The notes beneath the pieces were generated by a model. It was not told the DNA's origin. It saw nothing but the letters and a program-made list of their open reading frames with translations, and searched no databases. Shown piece by piece: positions 8,364 through 19,235 of a stretch of DNA of 64,000 bases (positions within the stretch are counted from its first letter, which is position 1; each line of letters begins with the position of its first letter). Location of the stretch: contig CAVZME010000011.1 in the NCBI GenBank assembly GCA_963776385.1, forward strand, positions 202,807-266,806. The letters are read 5' to 3'. Origin of the DNA: an uncultured Chloroflexia bacterium (lineage in GTDB: Bacteria; Chloroflexota; Limnocylindria; Limnocylindrales; CSP1-4). The position numbers were made by a program, and so were the translations under genes.

Positions 8364-10334
8364 TCACGACGGTCGATCGGCTGGGACGAGCCAGCGGACG
8401 CCGTAGGGCGGCAGGTCGATCGCCCGGCCGACTGGCACTGTCGAACCGTCCAGGAGATCGACGAGGTCCCCGGGCGTCATGGGAGCGGGGATCGTGGCCG
8501 CAACCGAGCGGGGCGTCTCGGTGAAGTTGTAGAGCCCTGTCAAGGCGCCGAACGGGTGTGGTCGGAAGAAGGCGAAGACGCCGGGGTCGCCGCTGTCGAC
8601 GATCTCGAGTGGGTTGGCCGCGTGCAGCTGCGGCGCGCGCCTGCGGGCATCGATCAAATGGACGAGGTCGGTGAAGATGCGACCTTCGACGGTGTCCGAC
8701 CGCTCGCGTCGCTCGGCCGCGTCCCAGTCCATCATCGGACGGTGGAGCCATCGGTTGTCGGCGCGATGACCGGGATCGTCGGCGAAAGACCAGTCATTCA
8801 GCGCACCGATCTCGTCACCCATGTACACGAGTGGCACGCCATCCCACGCCATGATCAGGGCATGACCAAGGCGGATCCGGGCGATCGAGTCCTCGACCAT
8901 CCTTGGATCCTCGGCTTCGAGAGCGGCCTCGAGGCCGGCCAGGCTGGCGAGGCTCCCGCTGATCCGACTATCCCCACTCTCGGGAACATGGTTGAACAGC
9001 TCGCCCCGGGCGAACGATCCGGGGAAGGCACCAGAGTAGAAGTCCGACAGGAATTCTCGATGGGCCTGTCCGGTCCAGCCGACCTTCGCGGCGTCCTCCT
9101 GGGTGATCGCCCATCCGATGTCGTCGTGACAGCGGATGTAGGTGGCCCATGCGGTGGAGCTCGGCTTCGGAGGCAGCCGGCGGACGACCTCTGCCATCAA
9201 CCGGGTATCACGTGCCGCCAACGATGACCAGAATTGGACCATCAGGCTGTTGTGATACGCCATGTCGGACACGTGGCCATGGTGGCGACCGATCCCGAGG
9301 TATGCGACGAGATGGTCGGGGGCGACGATCGCCTCGGCCTTGAAGATCACCGCTGGGGCGACGATGCGTGCGCACGCTCGCAGGGCCCGGATCAGATCAT
9401 GGACTTCCGGCTGATTCTGGCAGTCGGTCCCGAGTCGCTTCCACATGAAGGCGACAGCATCCAGCCGGAAGATCTCCACGCCACGGTTCGCCAGATACAG
9501 AAGGACGTCGATCATCTCCACGAAGACAGCGGGGTTCGACCAATCGAGATCCCACTGGTAGGAGTGGAAGGTCGTCCAGACCCAGCGACCGTCCGCGAGC
9601 TCGGTGAAATTGCCGGGGGCCAGGTCGGGAAACACGTCCGGCAGTGTCTTCTCGTAGCGATCAGGCATCGTGCGATCCGGGAAGATGCGGTAGAGGGCGG
9701 CTGCCTCCGGGTCCCCGGCTCGGGCGGCCATCGCCCAGTCGTGCTCGGCGGCCGTGTGATTGAGGACGAGGTCCACACACAAGCTCATCCTGCGACAACG
9801 AAGTTCGTCGCACAGGTCTTCGAGATCGTCGATCGTGCCGAGACTCGGGTCGACGGCCCTGTAGTCCGTGACGGCGTATCCGCCGTCTGTCTCGCCGTCC
9901 CGCGTCGCCAGCAGCGGCATGAGGTGGAGGTATCGGATGCGCAGCGACTCGAGATAGTCGAGCCGCTCCCGGACACCGGCGAGCGACCCGGCGAACCTGG
10001 CTGGATAGCAGACGTAGCCCACCATCGACGGATCCTGGAACCAGTCCGGACGAAGCAGCCGCTCCAGATCCAGCGTCCGGAGCTCCGGTCGCCGTTCACG
10101 GTACCGTCGCGACAGCGCCCGGACGAGACGCTCCAGGCCATCGTCTGCGTCCTTATGGGCTCCGTAGACCAGATGCCAACTCTCCTGCAGGTCCGGCCAC
10201 CATCGCGCCAGACGAAGCGTGAACATCTCCTTGTCGCGGTCTCCGATGCCGTCGAGCTCGTTGAAGGCCCACGTGGTCGCCGCGGTCAGTGTCGATGCCA
10301 GAGAAGGATCTGCGTCCGGGATCGGTTCAGCCAC
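8364..10334 (-). CDS. amylosucrase (GH13_4 alpha-amylase family)
   Basis: 656-aa intact ORF. The N-terminal helical domain (RLARWWPDLQESWHLVYG, LDLERLLRPDWFQDPSMVGYVCY, LDYLESLRIRYLHLMPL) and the GH13 core (DLVLNHTA, FRLDAV) are typical of amylosucrases. Confidence 0.8.
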   Translation of the reverse strand: MAEPIPDADPSLASTLTAATTWAFNELDGIGDRDKEMFTLRLARWWPDLQESWHLVYGAHKDADDGLERLVRALSRRYRERRPELRTLDLERLLRPDWFQDPSMVGYVCYPARFAGSLAGVRERLDYLESLRIRYLHLMPLLATRDGETDGGYAVTDYRAVDPSLGTIDDLEDLCDELRCRRMSLCVDLVLNHTAAEHDWAMAARAGDPEAAALYRIFPDRTMPDRYEKTLPDVFPDLAPGNFTELADGRWVWTTFHSYQWDLDWSNPAVFVEMIDVLLYLANRGVEIFRLDAVAFMWKRLGTDCQNQPEVHDLIRALRACARIVAPAVIFKAEAIVAPDHLVAYLGIGRHHGHVSDMAYHNSLMVQFWSSLAARDTRLMAEVVRRLPPKPSSTAWATYIRCHDDIGWAITQEDAAKVGWTGQAHREFLSDFYSGAFPGSFARGELFNHVPESGDSRISGSLASLAGLEAALEAEDPRMVEDSIARIRLGHALIMAWDGVPLVYMGDEIGALNDWSFADDPGHRADNRWLHRPMMDWDAAERRERSDTVEGRIFTDLVHLIDARRRAPQLHAANPLEIVDSGDPGVFAFFRPHPFGALTGLYNFTETPRSVAATIPAPMTPGDLVDLLDGSTVPVGRAIDLPPYGVRWLVPADRPS

Positions 10335-10358
10335 CGCACGACCCTGTGACCATCCCCG

Positions 10359-11399
10359 TCAAGAAGCCGACACCGGTCGTCCGAGGGCCGCCGGCTGTCG
10401 CGGCGGTGCGGTGCTCTCGCGCACGACCAGACTGATCGGCTGGACCTCCCGGAGCGGTGTCATCGGCTGCCCCGCGATCCCGACCAGAAGTTTCTGGACG
10501 GCCCGGACGCCTGACTCGAACAACGGCTGTCGAACCGTCGTGAGATGGAGGTGATCGGCGAGTTCCAGGTCATCGTATCCGACTACCGACAGGTCACCCG
10601 GGACGGATAAACCGAGCGAAGCTGCGGCCTCGAGTGTGCCGGCCGCCTGGGTGTCGCTGGCGCACACGAACGCCGTCGGCGGCCGGTGCCGGGTCAGCAT
10701 GTCACGCGCCAGCTCGAGTCCGCGAAGCCGGGAGTGGAGGCCGCTTGCGACCAGTCCGGAATCGAACACCAGTCCGGCATCCTGCAACGCCCGACGGTAC
10801 CCACTCTGACGCAGTCGGCTCGACGTGAAAGCCATCGGCACCCGGGGGAGGTCCCCGATGAACGCGATGCGGCGATGGCCAAGGCCGAGCAGATGGTCCG
10901 TCGCGAGTCGACCGCCCAGGACATCGTCGGCGACGACGCGCGGCAGACCTCGGTGATGGGCGTCCACCAGCACGGCAGGCAGTCCGGATCGGCTGATGCG
11001 CTCCCACTCATCCGGATGTGGCGATAGGGACACGATGATCAACCCGTCGACGCGCTCCGCCCTGGGAAGGTCACGGAAGACCACCTGGCGCCGCTCCACC
11101 GTCTCGACATTGAAGACGATCATGTCGTAGCCGGCCAGCGCAGCCGCGAACTCGATGCCGCGCAATCGTTCGACGACCGAAGGACGGGTCAGGAACGGAA
11201 GGATCACCGCGATCGTCTGCGTTCGCCCGAGACTCAACCGCCGGGCGGTCTGACTCGGGACGTAGTCCAGTGCTTTGATCGCGGCGAGGACCCTGGCGCG
11301 CGTCGCCGGGTCGACGTTCGGGCGCTCGTTGATGACCCGACTGACCGTCCCTCGACCGACCCCGGCCAGGTGTGCGACATCCCGAATGGTCACGCCCAC
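10359..11399 (-). CDS. LacI-family transcriptional regulator
   Basis: N-terminal HTH VTIRDVAHLAGVGRGTVSRVINERPNV followed by a periplasmic-binding-fold sugar sensor domain. 346 aa. Confidence 0.9.
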   Translation of the reverse strand: MGVTIRDVAHLAGVGRGTVSRVINERPNVDPATRARVLAAIKALDYVPSQTARRLSLGRTQTIAVILPFLTRPSVVERLRGIEFAAALAGYDMIVFNVETVERRQVVFRDLPRAERVDGLIIVSLSPHPDEWERISRSGLPAVLVDAHHRGLPRVVADDVLGGRLATDHLLGLGHRRIAFIGDLPRVPMAFTSSRLRQSGYRRALQDAGLVFDSGLVASGLHSRLRGLELARDMLTRHRPPTAFVCASDTQAAGTLEAAASLGLSVPGDLSVVGYDDLELADHLHLTTVRQPLFESGVRAVQKLLVGIAGQPMTPLREVQPISLVVRESTAPPRQPAALGRPVSAS

Positions 11400-11516
11400 G
11401 CGACTGCACCTGGTCGTCTCGGCGGTCCAGGCGGACGGGCCCGACCCATCCGGACCGAGACGCCCGTGACGGCATCATCGCGATCCAAACCTATCCCCTC
11501 TGACTGACGGGCACGA

Positions 11517-12611
11517 CTACCCCTTCACGGACCCCGAGAGGAGGCCCCGGACGAAGTAGCGCTGCAGGGAGAAGAACACGAGCAGAGGGAGAAGCATCGA
11601 GACGAAGGCGCCGGCCGTCAGCAGATGCCAGTCGTCACCGCGCGAGCCGACGATCTCGGCGAGGCGCTGGGTCACGACCTGGCTGTCAGCCTTGGGACCG
11701 ATGAAGATCAGGGCCACGAGGTAGTCGTTCCAGACCCACAGGAACTGGAAGATCGCGAATGCAGCGAGGGCCGGGACCGAGAGCGGCATGATCAGACGCC
11801 AGAAGACCTGGAAGTGCGAGGCCCCGTCGATGAACGCCGATTCCATGAGGTCTCGCGGGAGCTCGACGATGTAGTTGTAGAGCAGGAAGATCGCCAAAGC
11901 CAGGCCGAATCCGGTGTGTGCCAGCCAGACCGCCAGGTAGGTCCCGTTGAGGCCCACGGCCACGTAGTCCCTCAGGATCGGAACAAGGGCGATCTGGAGT
12001 GGGACCACGAGCATCGCGACGACGAGCAGGAACAGCACGCTGCGACCGGAGAAACGCATCCAGGCGAAACCGTAGGCCGCGAAGGCGGCCACCAGGATCG
12101 GGATGAGCGTAGAAGGGATCGCGATGACCAGGCTGTTGATGAACGCCCCGCTCATGTCGTCGCCGTGCACGGTCCGGACCGAGCCGTCCTGGGAGGTGAG
12201 CTGATAATCCTTGCCGGTCAGCACCTTCCCGTAGTTGTCCAAAGTGAAGTCCGTGTTCGCGGTGATCGCCTGCTGCCGGGTCTCGATCCGACCCGCGCGC
12301 TTGTTGCCGACCCACACGATCGTCCGGCCGTCGGGGGTCTTGATCCCGGCCCGGAACTGATCGAAGGTGCCGGTGGCCCCTTCGATCGTCATCACGCCGC
12401 TCGTGTCGAGCCCGGCCGGGATGTCGGTCGTGGAGACCTTGACCTCGTCGGCATGCGGAAAGACCGTCCACCAACCACTAGCCTGGATGTCATCGGGCTG
12501 GCGGAAGGATGAGACAAGCAGACCCACCGTCGGGATCAGCCAGATGAAGCAGATGAAGATGAGCGTGACGTTGACGAATATCGCTGCGCGCCTTCCGCCT
12601 GGACCTCTCAT
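11517..12611 (-). CDS. carbohydrate ABC transporter permease (MalG-like) with enlarged first extracytoplasmic loop
   Basis: 364 aa. EAA-type loop (ESAFIDGASHFQVFWRLIMPLS). ATGA start/stop overlap with the upstream permease. The TM1-TM2 loop is ~125 aa instead of ~35. Confidence 0.9.
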   Translation of the reverse strand: MRGPGGRRAAIFVNVTLIFICFIWLIPTVGLLVSSFRQPDDIQASGWWTVFPHADEVKVSTTDIPAGLDTSGVMTIEGATGTFDQFRAGIKTPDGRTIVWVGNKRAGRIETRQQAITANTDFTLDNYGKVLTGKDYQLTSQDGSVRTVHGDDMSGAFINSLVIAIPSTLIPILVAAFAAYGFAWMRFSGRSVLFLLVVAMLVVPLQIALVPILRDYVAVGLNGTYLAVWLAHTGFGLALAIFLLYNYIVELPRDLMESAFIDGASHFQVFWRLIMPLSVPALAAFAIFQFLWVWNDYLVALIFIGPKADSQVVTQRLAEIVGSRGDDWHLLTAGAFVSMLLPLLVFFSLQRYFVRGLLSGSVKG

Positions 12612-13732
12612 CGGAAGCCCGCCTGGTTGCGGAAGCGGCGGAGGTTGTAGATCATCACCGGGATCACCGCGATCAGGAGGATCACCGCCAGCGCGGATCC
12701 GATCCCAAAGTTCCGATTGGTGAAGTACTGCCGGTAGAACTCCGTTCCGATCACGCCGGTGCCGAACTGGCCGCCGGTCATGACGATCACGACATCGAAG
12801 ATCTTCAGGGTCAGGATGATGACGGTCGTCGCGACCGTGATGATCGTCCCCCGGATCATCGGGATCGTCACCCGCGCGAACACCTGCCGTTCGGTCGCGC
12901 CGTCCACCCGGGCCGCCTCGGTCAGCTCAGCGGGGATGCCCTTGATGGCCGCGGAGAAGAGGACCATCGCGAACCCGACCTGGAGCCAGACCATGATCAC
13001 GATCAGGAACAGGTTGTTCCAGGGCTGCAGGAGCGATGTCCAGGCTTGTGGTTGACCGCCCAGGCCGACGACGCCCGCATTGAGCAACCCGATCTGCGGG
13101 TCGGCCGCCGGGCGATTCTCGTAGACGAAATTCCAGATGATGCCCGCGCCGACGAACGAGATGGCCATCGGCATGAAGATGATGGCCTTGGCCAGTGACT
13201 CGAAGCGGCTCCGGTCCGCGAGGACCGCGATCACCAAGCCGAGCACGACGACGGCCGAGGTCCCGAAGACCAGCCAGAGGAGGTTGTTCCGGAAGACCTC
13301 GATCATGGCCGGGTCCCCGAAGATCGAGACGTAATTGCCGAGCCCGACGAAGACCGAGCTATCCGCGTTGAACAGGCTGATGAACAACGTCCGAAGCGTC
13401 GGCAGAGCGAGGAACCAGAACAGGATGGCGACGGCCGGTCCGACGAACAGATACGGCAGGATTCGCGAGCCGACTCGCTCCGGCAGGCGGGCGAGGAACC
13501 AGTTCATGACCCAGTAGATCGCCGCGACGCCGCCAACTCCCCAGACGACGGCGATCGCGCCGGTGACCAGCTTGGGGGCGTCGTTCTGGCGCAGGAACAG
13601 GAATCCCTGCCACAAGATCGCGAACGCGACGAGCGGAACGAGGATGGAGATCAGCACACGTCCGAAGATGGTGAGCACCCAGAGCGCTCCCCGCGCCGGT
13701 CGGTCGACCTCCACAGCGAGGTTGTCCGTCAC
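12608..13732 (-). CDS. carbohydrate ABC transporter permease (MalF-like)
   Basis: 374 aa. Extra N-terminal TM helices. EAA loop EAARVDGATERQVFARVTIPM. Confidence 0.9.
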   Translation of the reverse strand: MTDNLAVEVDRPARGALWVLTIFGRVLISILVPLVAFAILWQGFLFLRQNDAPKLVTGAIAVVWGVGGVAAIYWVMNWFLARLPERVGSRILPYLFVGPAVAILFWFLALPTLRTLFISLFNADSSVFVGLGNYVSIFGDPAMIEVFRNNLLWLVFGTSAVVVLGLVIAVLADRSRFESLAKAIIFMPMAISFVGAGIIWNFVYENRPAADPQIGLLNAGVVGLGGQPQAWTSLLQPWNNLFLIVIMVWLQVGFAMVLFSAAIKGIPAELTEAARVDGATERQVFARVTIPMIRGTIITVATTVIILTLKIFDVVIVMTGGQFGTGVIGTEFYRQYFTNRNFGIGSALAVILLIAVIPVMIYNLRRFRNQAGFR

Positions 13733-13869
13733 TTGGTCCCTCCCAGATGAGACACCGGCGCGTCCCGTCGGTGCCGAGAGCCCAGGGGAAACGTGATCCT
13801 GGATCGAGGACGTGGTCCCCGACCCAGGATCCGATCATCGGTCGGTCGGCCGGCCGATGAGAGCGGCCG

Positions 13870-15265
13870 TTACTTCGGCCAGGCGGCGTCGATGTTCTTG
13901 AGCGCGGTGTCGAGGTCCTCCTTGCCGGAGATCCAGCTGGTGAACTCCTTCCACTCGGCGCCCGAGCCGACGGCTCCGGGCATCAGGTCCGAGGCGTCGA
14001 ACCGGACGGCGGTCGCGTTCTGGATGGTCTTGCCGATGAAGGCCGAGATGACGTCACTGCCGTACCAGGCGGGGTCCGCGTCCTTCTGCGGGGCGATGGC
14101 GCCACCGGCGGCCATCCACGACTTGAGATGCTCACCCTTGGTGAACCACTCCATGACCGCGAGGGCCTCGGGCTTGTCGCTGAACGCGGCCCAGATGTCG
14201 CCGGCCACCAGGACCGGGCTGCCGTAGGCCGGGTCGATGCCCGGCAGGTAGAAGGTGTCGTAGTCGACGCCCGGCTTCTTGTCGGCCGGGAAGAACGAGG
14301 TGATGAAGTTGCCCTGGCGATGGAGCCAGCACTTGGGCGGGTCGGTGAACATGCCGGCCGGGGCGTTGCCGAAGGCCGTGCTGACGATGCCGGCCGGGCC
14401 GCCCTGGACGAGCTTGGGATCGAGGAACAGGGCGCCGACCTTCTCGGCCGCCGCCTTGACCTCGGGCGAGCTGAACTTCAGCTCGTTGGTCACCCACTTG
14501 TCATAGTTCTCGACGCTGGTCGTGCGGAGCATCATCTCCTCGAGCCAGTCGGTCACCGGCCAGCCGGTCGCGGCGCCGGACTCGATGCCGATGCACCACG
14601 GCGTGTCGCCGTCCTTGACGATCTGGTCCTGCAGGGCGGTCAGCTCGGCGTACGTCGTCGGGACCTTGTAGCCGGCGGCGTCGAAGGCCTTCTTGGGATA
14701 CCACACGAAGCTCTTGCCGTTGACCCGCTCCCAGACGCCGGCCATGATGGTCGCCGGCCGCGCCGGGCATCGTCGCCATGTCCAGCCAGGACTGGCTGTA
14801 GTTGGCCTTCAGGGCATCCAGGTCGAGCGTCTTCGACAGGTCGACGACCTTGCCGCCCTTGGCGAAGCTCTTGAGCAGGCCGGGCTGCGGGAAGTCGGCG
14901 ATGTCGGGGGCGTTGTTGCCGTCGACCTCGGCCGAGATGACCGCCTCGAACTGCTTGGTCCCGGCGTAGTCGATGATGATGCCGGTCTGGTCGGTGAAGT
15001 CCTTGAACATCGCGTTCATCTTGACCGCATCGGCATCGACGGCCGGTCCGGTGGCCGTCACGTGCTTGCCCTTGAACTCGCCGGTGAGGGCGCGCGCGAG
15101 GTTCGTGCCGGCGGCCGCCGACGGGGCGCTCGAGGCCGGGGCCTGTGACGCGGGTGCCTGCGAGGCGGGTGCCTGTGACGCGGGCGCCGACGATGTCGTG
15201 CTGCCACCACAGGCCGACACCACGATGGCGATCGCGCCCAAAACTGTGGCGATACGCAATCTCAC
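13870..15265 (-). pseudogene. sugar ABC transporter substrate-binding lipoprotein, one frame break
   Basis: GTG start at 15265 preceded by AAGGAGG. Signal peptide plus lipobox VVSAC. The N-terminal part is in ORF 14501..15316 and the rest in ORF 13870..14745. The junction is about 14748-14775. Length is 3n+1. Confidence 0.85.
15140..15184. repeat. 3 x 15-bp tandem repeat encoding (APASQ)3 in the lipoprotein linker
   Basis: Units gcctgtgacgcgggt / gcctgcgaggcgggt / gcctgtgacgcgggc, with a fourth degenerate unit just upstream (APASS). Confidence 0.7.
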
Positions 15266-15298
15266 TCTCTCTCCTCCTTGATCACGGCCTCTTCGGTG

Positions 15299-15349
15299 CC
15301 GTGGAACCGGTACCACGGAAACGTATCATGGACGGCTCGGCCGACACAA
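15299..15349 (-). promoter_or_regulatory. candidate promoter plus 20-bp palindromic operator upstream of the sugar ABC operon
   Basis: On the minus strand: TTGTGT (15344-15349), 18 nt, then TGA-TACGTT (15320-15325, extended -10). This is followed immediately by CCGTGGTACCGGTTCCACGG (15299-15318), where 9 of 10 half-site pairs match, 34 nt before the GTG start. Plausible LacI-family operator. Confidence 0.4.
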
Positions 15350-15402
15350 TACTTGCGATGACTCGTCGAGAGGGGCCGCCACGGATCGCCCATTCGACCC
15401 CG

Positions 15403-15449
15403 CATCGGTCGCGTGACCGATGACCGGAGAAGGTCATTCGATGACCTTC
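15403..15449 (-). terminator. two adjacent hairpins downstream of clpX
   Basis: CATCGGTC-GCGT-GACCGATG (15403-15422) and GAAGGTCAT-TCG-ATGACCTTC (15429-15449) sit 75-120 nt after the clpX stop. No U tract. Confidence 0.35.
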
Positions 15450-15523
15450 CGTCACGAGCCTTCGAGGTTCCGATCGAGGTCTCCTGACCCGATATGGATG
15501 GGCGGGGCGAGAGGCGCGAGCGG

Positions 15524-16837
<1,314 letters not shown>

Positions 16838-16854
16838 TGTGCCCGTCCCCGGCC

Positions 16855-17562
16855 CTACTGGTCCTTGCTCTTCTTCGGCTGCTCGGGCGCGTCTGCCGTC
16901 TCTGCGGCTTCGGCCTCCTCGGCGGCCTTCGAACCCTCGCCGCCGGCCATCCCGGCGTCATGTGCCTGCGCGATCAACGAACTGCTCTCGACCGCGTAGA
17001 CCGCGTCGATGATGCCATAGTCGCTCGCATCCTCGGGCGCCATGAAGTAGTCGCGGTCCGTGTCGTGGATGATCTTCTCGAGGGGCTGGCCGGTGTGGCG
17101 CGCCAGGATCTCGTGGTTCCGCTGGACGAGATACTCCCACTCCTTCATCTGGATCACCGCATCCGGGGCGTTGCCGCGGAACCCGCCCGAGCCCTGGTGG
17201 ATCATGATCCGGCTGTTCGGGAGCGCGTAGCGCTTGCCCTTGGCGCCGGCCGCCAGCAGGACCGCGGCCATCGAGGCGGCCATGCCGATGCAGATCGTGC
17301 TGACCGGCGCGCGCAGGTACTGCATGGTGTCGTAGATGGCGAGGCCGGACGTGACCTGGCCACCGGGCGAGTTGATGTACAGGCTGATGTCCTTCTCCGG
17401 GTCCTCGGATTCGAGGAACAGCAGCTGGGCGATGACGAGGTTCGCCAGGTGGTCCTCGATGGCGTCGCCGAGGAAGATGATCCGCTCGCGCAACAGGCGC
17501 GAGTAGATGTCGTAGGCGCGCTCCCCCCGGCTGGAGGACTCGATGACCATGGGGACGAGCAT
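16855..17562 (-). CDS. clpP: ATP-dependent Clp protease proteolytic subunit ClpP with ~40-aa acidic C-terminal extension
   Basis: Start at the ATG giving [24 protein letters not shown], with GGGAG 8 nt upstream. Catalytic-region motifs [11 protein letters not shown] and IMIHQ. It is the only clpP in the tig-clpP-clpX locus. The ORF stays open upstream into the tig tail. Confidence 0.9.
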   Translation of the reverse strand: MLVPMVIESSSRGERAYDIYSRLLRERIIFLGDAIEDHLANLVIAQLLFLESEDPEKDISLYINSPGGQVTSGLAIYDTMQYLRAPVSTICIGMAASMAAVLLAAGAKGKRYALPNSRIMIHQGSGGFRGNAPDAVIQMKEWEYLVQRNHEILARHTGQPLEKIIHDTDRDYFMAPEDASDYGIIDAVYAVESSSLIAQAHDAGMAGGEGSKAAEEAEAAETADAPEQPKKSKDQ

Positions 17563-17600
17563 TCTTGGACTCCCTGGTTCAGTGGGCACGGGTCGGGCGG

Positions 17601-19029
17601 TCAGCCCGCCGGGGTCGGCACGTTCGTCGACGATCGAACCTGGATCGGTCGCGTCGATCGAGGCGTTGGCCGCGGCCTGCCCGCCCTCGATCGCCGACGA
17701 CGGCGCGTCTTCGAGGTGGGGCAGCGGCGGATGGTCGGGATGGTCGGCCAGCCACTCGTCGATCAGGCCCTCGACGACCCGGCTTCGGCGGAGGGTGCTC
17801 CGGATGTACGACCGGCCCCGCTCGCTGTCGAAGTACGCCTGCAGCTTGGCGTCATCCGGGTAGCGCTCGCGCCCGCGGGCGACCTCGGCGTCGACCTCTT
17901 CATCGGGGACCGTCGAGGCCCTCCGTGTCGGCGACCTTGGACAGCACGAGCAGGGTCGTGACCCGCTTCTCGGCGCCCGGCCGGAACTCCGTGTGGAGGT
18001 CGGCATCGGTCTTGTCGACGGCCTTGAGGTACGCCTCCTCGGAGATCCCCTGGCGGGCGATCGTGGCGCGGAACTCGTCGTGCATCACCTCGACCTCCTG
18101 GTCGACGAGGATGTCCGGCAGGTCGACGGTCGCGTTGGCGACCGCGTACTCGATGATCCGGTCGGCGAACGCGTGGCGCGCTCGGTCGAGGGCGTTCCGC
18201 TCGAGGCGCTGCTTGATGTCGGCCCGCAGCGCGTCGACGTCGGCGAAGTCGCCGAGCGTCCCGATGAAGTCCTCGTCGAGTTCGGGCAGGACCTTTTCGC
18301 GGAGCTCGCGGAGGTCGACCGCGAAGTGAGCCTGCTGGCCTGCGAGCTCCGCCTCCGGGTAATCGTCAGGGAAGGTGATGTCGAACTCGGTCGAGCCGCC
18401 GACCTCGAGCCCGACGAGGTTGGCCTCGAAGCCCGGGATGAGCCGTTCCTGGCCGAGGATCAGCGGCATCCGCTCGGACGATCCGCCCTCGAACGGCTCG
18501 CCGTCGCGCGTCCCGACGAAGGAGATGACCGCATAGTCGCCGTCCTGGGCGCCGCGGCCTTCGACCGCGGCGAGCGTCGCGTTCTGGTCGCGCAACTCCT
18601 CGAGGACCTGGCTGACCCGGGCGTCGTCGATCGTGTCGATCTCGGGCCCGAAATTGAAGTGCTTGTAGTCGCCGAGCTCGACCTCCGGGCGGACCTGGAC
18701 GGTCGCCTTGAAGATCGAGCGGCAGGCCCTCCTCGGCCTGGACGACATCGACCTCGGCGTTCGTCAGCGGGAGGATGTCCTCCTGGACCAGTGCGTCGCG
18801 GTAGGCTGTCCTGGACGAGGTGCTCGACCGCATCGTCGAGGACCGCACCCGGACCGAGGTGTCGCTCCAGGACGGCGCGCGGCGCCTTGCCCGGACGGAA
18901 GCCGGGGACGCGGGTCCGCTTGGCGAGGTGCCGGACGGACTCGTCCATGGCGCGGCTGACGCGCTCGGACGGGACCTCGATCTCGAGGAGCACGGTGGAC
19001 TTCGGGCCGGGTGTCTTGGTGATCTGCAT
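17601..19029 (-). pseudogene. tig: trigger factor, three clear frame breaks and an uncertain 3' end
   Basis: The N-terminus MQITKTPGPKSTVLLEIEVP...RVPGFRPGKAP is in ORF 18460..19029. The sequence continues in the frame of 18366..19154 (YRDALVQEDILPL), then in 17900..18748 (PPIase and C-domain), then in 16855..18006 ([13 protein letters not shown]...). Breaks are about 18815, 18725 and 17905-17911. The end is set at TGA 17601-17603, which comes into frame if the G4 run at 17611-17614 carries one extra base. Otherwise the frame runs into clpP. Confidence 0.85.
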
Positions 19030-19111
19030 CGCCCGGGCAGTATACGGGCGGAGGCCGGACCGGGGCCGCGTGCGGCATCGACGGTGACCTCTCCCGAGGT
19101 ATCGGTGTTCG

Positions 19112-19196
19112 TAGGCGAGAGAGGGATCGAACCTCCACGCCGCTCACGCGGCACCGGCTCCTAAGGCCGGCGCGTCTGCCATTCCGCCACTCGCCC
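19112..19196 (-). tRNA. tRNA-Leu (anticodon UAG)
   Basis: Minus-strand sequence is GGGCGAGTGGCGGAATGGCAGACGCGCCGGCCTTAGGAGCCGGTGCCGCGTGAGCGGCGTGGAGGTTCGATCCCTCTCTCGCCTA. It has a 7-bp acceptor stem, anticodon loop CTTAGGA, a long variable arm, a GGTTCGATCC T-loop, discriminator A, and no encoded CCA. Confidence 0.9.
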
Positions 19197-19235
19197 GCCG
19201 CGAAGTCTAGCGCGAGCCGCCGTGGAGACCGAGCG

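Noticed and set aside
15299-15318. GTGGTACC in the palindrome upstream of the sugar-binding protein gene, read as a second T-box core.
   Set aside because: The sequence is a 20-bp palindrome next to a promoter, has no Stem I or terminator context, and precedes a sugar importer. An operator is the better reading.
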